The notes beneath the pieces are model-generated. The model was given only the letters and a program-made list of their open reading frames with translations, was not told where the DNA came from and ran no database searches. The position numbers and the translations under genes are program-made. From a virus (taxonomy: Duplodnaviria > Caudoviricetes), in the IMG/VR virus record IMGVR_UViG_3300017655_000243, positions 1-31,651 of that record: a stretch of DNA of 31,651 bases; one strand, given 5' to 3'. The first letter of the stretch is position 1. Every line of letters starts with the position of its first letter. Positions 27,813-31,651 of this stretch are shown piece after piece.

Positions 27813-27841
27813 AGTCACTATTTTTAGTGGCTTCTTATTTT
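27813..27841 (+). terminator. Terminator-like hairpin ending the putative antisense RNA
   Basis: AGTCACTA-TTTT-TAGTGGCT plus TCTTATTTT. Confidence 0.5.
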
Positions 27842-27922
27842 GTCTGCTTACTCTATATATAGACAGCACTCACCTATTTGTCAATTTGACCAGCAGAATC
27901 TTTTACGTTAAATTACCCTGTT

Positions 27923-28384
27923 TTATCTTCCTCGAACTGGTGCATATTCAAACTTATTACCGATATCCTCTAAATGGCTTAATTCACTCTTTATTCGTCT
28001 CATTGCCGTCCCTCTTATAGTTACATGTAGGTTAGAGTTAAAATATACTCGCTGCATGTAAACATCGAATGATTGTATCAGATTTATATTGGCAATTATC
28101 TTTTTATCCACCAATCTAAATTCCCTTCTGCAATTATCCAAAAAATCGTGCATTTCTTTAAATTGAAGATTGCTATCATATCGCTTACCATCAATCACAA
28201 CAATATTTATATGGCTGCTAAATCCCTCTACATAAGCAATCTTATTGACTGCAACTGGTTCAAAATCATTTACCCCTAGCGGCAGATAAATCATTGAATT
28301 GTTCGATTTAACTAAACCGCAAATCTCCTTATTAATATCAATGTTATGACGACCTGTAAATAATCGAACGAATCCTTTTACCAA
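27923..28384 (-). CDS. Stand-alone LytTR-domain DNA-binding protein, no receiver domain (153 aa)
   Basis: KIAYVEG...IDGKRY...FRLVDKKIIANINLIQSFD...VYF LytTR pattern; RBS AAGGAGG with TTG at 28384. Confidence 0.82.
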   Translation of the reverse strand: MVKGFVRLFTGRHNIDINKEICGLVKSNNSMIYLPLGVNDFEPVAVNKIAYVEGFSSHINIVVIDGKRYDSNLQFKEMHDFLDNCRREFRLVDKKIIANINLIQSFDVYMQRVYFNSNLHVTIRGTAMRRIKSELSHLEDIGNKFEYAPVRGR

Positions 28385-28444
28385 AGCAAATTCCTCCTTC
28401 ATGAGATTGGAGCGCACCAATTAGATGCGCTCATAATGTTTGTA

Positions 28445-28546
28445 CTACTTTTGCGGATCACAAAACCACCACAATTTAGCTGTAAAAACTGCTGGTACAG
28501 CCAAAATCGCTGTCAGAACAATTGCAGCAATATGCTTCTTTTCCAT
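28445..28546 (-). CDS. AgrD-like (cyclic-lactone autoinducer-type) propeptide, 33 aa: MEKKHIAAIVLTAILAVPAVFTAKLWWFCDPQK
   Basis: Translated by hand; RBS GGGGGTGA; basic N-terminus, hydrophobic leader, aromatic core, D-P tail; lies between receptor-like and LytTR genes. Confidence 0.75.
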   Translation of the reverse strand: MEKKHIAAIVLTAILAVPAVFTAKLWWFCDPQK

Positions 28547-28577
28547 TTAATCACCCCCAGTATAGAATTAATGTAAA

Positions 28578-29225
28578 TTATGAAAACTCTATTTGATCTT
28601 GTTGATATGATAAAAACATTATTATCAAAGTTCCAATAATCATGGCACATATGGCCGTCATGAAAGTTGTCGATGAATGTACGTTTACTGAAGTAACATA
28701 TGCTATAGAGCATATTAGCAACATACATACCGATAAGAGGACGAATCTCCTGTTTGAAAGTCTATAAAAACTGAAGCCGAAACCAGAGTGAGTAAAGCAT
28801 GTATACACCGACACTGATATACCTATAACAGCACAAATTGATTGTATGAAGTATGTGGTTAAGCCATAAGGATCATTTATGTCGATAGGCAGGTTAACAC
28901 TATTCGCAAGCTTGATTACAATTCCCTGAATGAGGCCATATATGACAAGCCCTCCAATTGTGGCAACAAGACAATATGTATATTTATCATGGAATATACG
29001 ATTTAAAACGAATGCCAGAATTGGAGCAACAATGATGGGTATGGGAATTATTTTATAGAGGTCTGTAATTGTCATGAAGTATGAGAGTATTGTGGTTAAG
29101 ATCGTTAAGAGCGTGATGATTAGCATGTATCTTTCAGGTCTAAATGTAAAAACTGAGAAAACTAGTAGTATAAATGCAAGATACTCCAAACTACTGAAAA
29201 ACATATACCCCAAAATATTCGCCAT
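28578..29225 (-). CDS. Multi-pass membrane protein resembling an AgrC sensor domain without histidine-kinase domain (215 aa)
   Basis: 6-7 hydrophobic helices; ends about 10 aa after the last TM; no H-box or HATPase; RBS GGAGG. Confidence 0.75.
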   Translation of the reverse strand: MANILGYMFFSSLEYLAFILLVFSVFTFRPERYMLIITLLTILTTILSYFMTITDLYKIIPIPIIVAPILAFVLNRIFHDKYTYCLVATIGGLVIYGLIQGIVIKLANSVNLPIDINDPYGLTTYFIQSICAVIGISVSVYTCFTHSGFGFSFYRLSNRRFVLLSVCMLLICSIAYVTSVNVHSSTTFMTAICAMIIGTLIIMFLSYQQDQIEFS

Positions 29226-29331
29226 TATGGTTATCCTCCAATTAGCAATTTGATTGCAACCTAGCAGCCCTATATAGAGCTGCCAACGCTTTGGGCTTAA
29301 TGCACTTTTTTTAGAAAGTCGCCCAAACGAC

Positions 29332-29583
29332 TTAATGAACTAAAGACTCTTGATATAATCTTGTAGTGTTCTTGATGTTGTCAAGATTGCCATCAAAAAA
29401 CTCTACAAACTTCTCGATGTCCTTTTCACTTTTGATGTTCGCTTGAAGAACCTGAAATGTATCAGATTCTTCTTTAACGCCGCAAGCTGTGATCATGAAT
29501 GTCAGAAAGTCAGAAACGTTGGTCTCCCATGATTCGAGCAGTGTTGTGAACGGTGTTTGTGATAATACGAATTGATTTGACAT
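29332..29583 (-). CDS. Hypothetical early protein (83 aa, acidic)
   Basis: RBS AGGAGG; ATG start. Confidence 0.75.
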   Translation of the reverse strand: MSNQFVLSQTPFTTLLESWETNVSDFLTFMITACGVKEESDTFQVLQANIKSEKDIEKFVEFFDGNLDNIKNTTRLYQESLVH

Positions 29584-29621
29584 ATGTAATTCCTCCTAGT
29601 GCCTCATCTGGTATCTCCAGC

Positions 29622-29804
29622 TTATTGGTTATTTTCACTGGCTATAATTTGATTTAGCATAGCCTTGTATCTATTTAAGCGCTCTAGTCTAGTTGCTGGT
29701 ATAGTTTTATCTGTACGGCGCATAAACACATCATAGCGAGCTGCTGAGTATTGATTGGCTTTACGGCTGTAGTACCGTATACGTTTGACGACTGATTTAC
29801 TCAT
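29622..29804 (-). CDS. Hypothetical early protein (60 aa, basic)
   Basis: RBS AGGAGG; first gene after the leftward promoter. Confidence 0.7.
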   Translation of the reverse strand: MSKSVVKRIRYYSRKANQYSAARYDVFMRRTDKTIPATRLERLNRYKAMLNQIIASENNQ

Positions 29805-29946
29805 TGTTGTTGCCTCCTAATTTGTTGTGCTATATATCAACATGCGCTTTGCGGAGCTGCATGGAAAATGTTTAGACTGTTATTTCTGGTGAATAGCTAT
29901 TCTATTTTCAAGGTGCTTTGTGTATAGTTGTCCTTGCTGCGATTTA

Positions 29947-29975
29947 AATATATCACACCGTTTTACACATTGCAA
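29947..29975 (-). promoter_or_regulatory. Leftward early sigma-A promoter
   Basis: TTGCAA, 17 bp, extended -10 TGATATATT, A-tract upstream. Confidence 0.72.
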
Positions 29976-29999
29976 TACACTGCTAAACTTTTTTTAAAT

Positions 30000-30028
30000 T
30001 TTTCAACTATGCGAAAATGTGCTATATT
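30000..30028 (+). promoter_or_regulatory. Rightward promoter for the RHH gene
   Basis: TTTTCA, 17 bp, extended -10 TGCTATATT. Confidence 0.55.
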
Positions 30029-30064
30029 GTAATCAGATGCAGAATAGCAAGGAGGGACTAATAA

Positions 30065-30238
30065 ATGGCTAGACCAAAAAACCCTGACAAAAAGAAAGCG
30101 GAGAGTATATATTTTGAACCAGATTTAGTTGATTGGTTAAAGGAAAAGGCAGAATCAGAGGAGAGAACGACAAGCTATATCGTTAACCGTATTGTTCGTG
30201 ATAAAAAGGAACAAGAAGATAATAGTGGTACTAGATAA
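30065..30238 (+). CDS. Ribbon-helix-helix (Arc/CopG-like) regulator, 57 aa: MARPKNPDKKKAESIYFEPDLVDWLKEKAESEERTTSYIVNRIVRDKKEQEDNSGTR
   Basis: Below the ORF-track cutoff; RBS AAGGAGG; beta-strand ESIYF, helix LVDWLKEKA, turn, helix TSYIVNRIV. Confidence 0.8.
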   Translation: MARPKNPDKKKAESIYFEPDLVDWLKEKAESEERTTSYIVNRIVRDKKEQEDNSGTR

Positions 30239-30312
30239 GAAAACTATCGTTCGTCTTCGAAATTTACTTGTTCCAATCATTCCTTTTGAATGTAAAATAT
30301 CTAGATTTGTAC

Positions 30313-30351
30313 AAAAAAATCTCCAATAGCTCATCGCTAGAGGAGATTTTT
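30313..30351. terminator. Bidirectional terminator between convergent genes
   Basis: AAAAAAATCTCC..TAGC-TCATC-GCTA..GGAGATTTTT. Confidence 0.7.
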
Positions 30352-30403
30352 ATTAGATATTAGACATCTCGTCTAAAGTAGCAATTATCTCTTCGTGATT
30401 GTT

Positions 30404-30565
30404 TCAATCTTTTTCCGATTCCATTGCTTTTCTACTAGCTTTTAATAGTATTTTGATAAAATCTTTGCAGTTTTCAACAGACGGTGTTCCGATTAAAACC
30501 ATTTTAACCCCTGATGGTAATACTTCTACAATTACATCTTCCTCTTCGTTCTCTTTTCCATTCAT
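30404..30565 (-). CDS. Small hypothetical protein, 53 aa (MNGKENEEEDVIVEVLPSGVKMVLIGTPSVENCKDFIKILLKASRKAMESEKD)
   Basis: Translated by hand; RBS GAGGAG; followed by a terminator. Confidence 0.6.
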   Translation of the reverse strand: MNGKENEEEDVIVEVLPSGVKMVLIGTPSVENCKDFIKILLKASRKAMESEKD

Positions 30566-30712
30566 GTTGTCGTCTCCTCGATGATTTTTTTAAAAGCAAA
30601 ATATGAAAAATACATAGAAATTTAAATCCATATATTTCCACATCTATATTATTGTATCAACATCAGGAGTAATATTATACAGGTAACTATTAGTAGTAAA
30701 TCCTAATTTAGC

Positions 30713-30745
30713 AAAAGAGCCGACTTCCCAAAGGAAACGGCTCTT
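30713..30745 (-). terminator. Intrinsic terminator
   Basis: - strand AAGAGCCGTTTCC-TTTG-GGAAGTCGGCTCTT plus TT. Confidence 0.7.
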
Positions 30746-30785
30746 CTTATGTAATATAAGCCATGACTATTATTCTAAACCGAGA

Positions 30786-31076
30786 TCAATACAGTTGTTC
30801 CCTCAATTGATCATCCAAATCCTTGCGTATAATCTGCATACCCTCTTCGATCGCTGCTTTAATATAGGGATTATCCTTTATAGCAGGATCATTATACTCG
30901 ATCCATACTCTTGCCCTAGTACCACGTATACCGCCAAAAACTTCAGCAACAATATCAAAATTTTCGTCAGAGTATTCCCAAGCATGGATTTCAGTAGAGA
31001 TTTGATAGTCGTATTCATTATTGAAGCCATATTCATCGATTGAGCCACTTGGCTCAGCTTTAGTGTAGGGTTTCAT
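30786..31076 (-). CDS. Hypothetical protein (96 aa, acidic)
   Basis: RBS GAGGTGA; ATG; own terminator. Confidence 0.75.
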   Translation of the reverse strand: MKPYTKAEPSGSIDEYGFNNEYDYQISTEIHAWEYSDENFDIVAEVFGGIRGTRARVWIEYNDPAIKDNPYIKAAIEEGMQIIRKDLDDQLREQLY

Positions 31077-31183
31077 GGAATCACCTCTTCTACATCCTAT
31101 TTTAGATATTTCAATCTTTTGATTGCAAATTAATAGTTGAAGTAGTCTGATTGGAGTAACATATTTTATCCGAACTGAATCGT

Positions 31184-31651
31184 CTATTTATTCCACTTTT
31201 TCTTTGCTTCGTTCACCAAGTCTTCTGCAAGATAATAGCGTTCTTCTGTCTTACTCTGAAGTCCTTTGTTATAAGCATCAATCCCAATTGCAACCATAGC
31301 ATTCTTCCAATTACCAAAATGATATGTAACAGTATCTACAGTTGGGTGAACATTTGCTTCTTTATAGAATGTTGGAAACATCATGTAGAAATCTTTTGCT
31401 ATGTACTTTTGCAGAATTTGAAGAATCTCCTCTTTAGTCAATCTTGGTGTATCGGGATCTCTGTCTTTTTTCATAGGTTGGAGTCCAGAAGCTATTAAAG
31501 CACTATTCCATGTCCCAAATGTTTTTACTATTTGGCTATAAGATGGCTTCAATTTTTTCTTAGCGTAAAGATAACTTGATACTGTGTTGTTTGCATTATA
31601 ATATTCCTTCAAAGAATTTATCATATCTACTTTAGTTTGTTCCTGTTGCAA
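31184..31651 (-). CDS. Protein with two homing-endonuclease-associated repeats, no nuclease domain visible (may extend past the window)
   Basis: PSYSQIVKTFGTWNSALIASGL and PTVDTVTYHFGNWKNAMVAIGI. Confidence 0.7.
   Translation of the reverse strand: MQQEQTKVDMINSLKEYYNANNTVSSYLYAKKKLKPSYSQIVKTFGTWNSALIASGLQPMKKDRDPDTPRLTKEEILQILQKYIAKDFYMMFPTFYKEANVHPTVDTVTYHFGNWKNAMVAIGIDAYNKGLQSKTEERYYLAEDLVNEAKKKWNK

Larger units (their letters stand above)
1..31651 (-). mobile_element. Temperate siphovirus-type prophage (HK97-like head, long non-contractile tail) encoding its own RNA polymerase; right end probably outside the window
   Basis: Contiguous co-oriented integrase, xis, lysis, tail, head, terminase, HNH, Rha, RNAP and helicase-like genes. 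Confidence 0.96.

Noticed and set aside
27842-27922. Canonical AgrA/LytTR direct-repeat binding site
   Set aside because: No convincing pair of 9-10 bp direct repeats at about 21-bp periodicity found by eye
28513-28728. 71-aa - strand ORF (also 3070-3333, 8539-8760, 19815-20006, 26108-26296)
   Set aside because: Alternative-frame overlaps of stronger genes; the RBS-supported small gene here is 28445-28546
1524-31043. All + strand ORFs in the track (e.g. 5423-5860, 7065-7442, 13753-14124, 21890-22341, 30399-30584)
   Set aside because: Antisense shadows of well-supported - strand genes with no recognisable motifs

Overview
This window is most of an AT-rich temperate siphovirus-type prophage of a Bacillales host (Paenibacillus-like by inference). 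Nearly every gene is on the - strand. Reading right to left in the direction of transcription: (1) small early genes and a divergent sigma-A promoter pair with a lone + strand ribbon-helix-helix regulator; (2) a truncated agr-like signalling cassette: kinase-less multi-TM receptor, an un-annotated 33-aa AgrD-like peptide and a stand-alone LytTR protein, with no AgrB; (3) an SF2 helicase-like protein with a likely antisense countertranscript upstream and large DNA hairpins downstream; (4) an 872-aa two-barrel RNA polymerase of the eukaryotic-RdRP/YonO family (DMDGD), translationally coupled to a Cys4 zinc-finger protein and followed by a promoter-driven structured ncRNA candidate; (5) morons, a Rha/RusA-like fusion and an unusual 4-gene fibre-like cluster; (6) HK97-type packaging, head and tail genes, with two predicted -1 frameshifts (capsid and tail chaperone); (7) holin, amidase, xis and integrase. 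The best candidate for a new system is the chain peptide sensing -> LytTR -> helicase/phage RNAP -> structured RNA -> late genes. All calls come from reading motifs by eye; no database searches were run.
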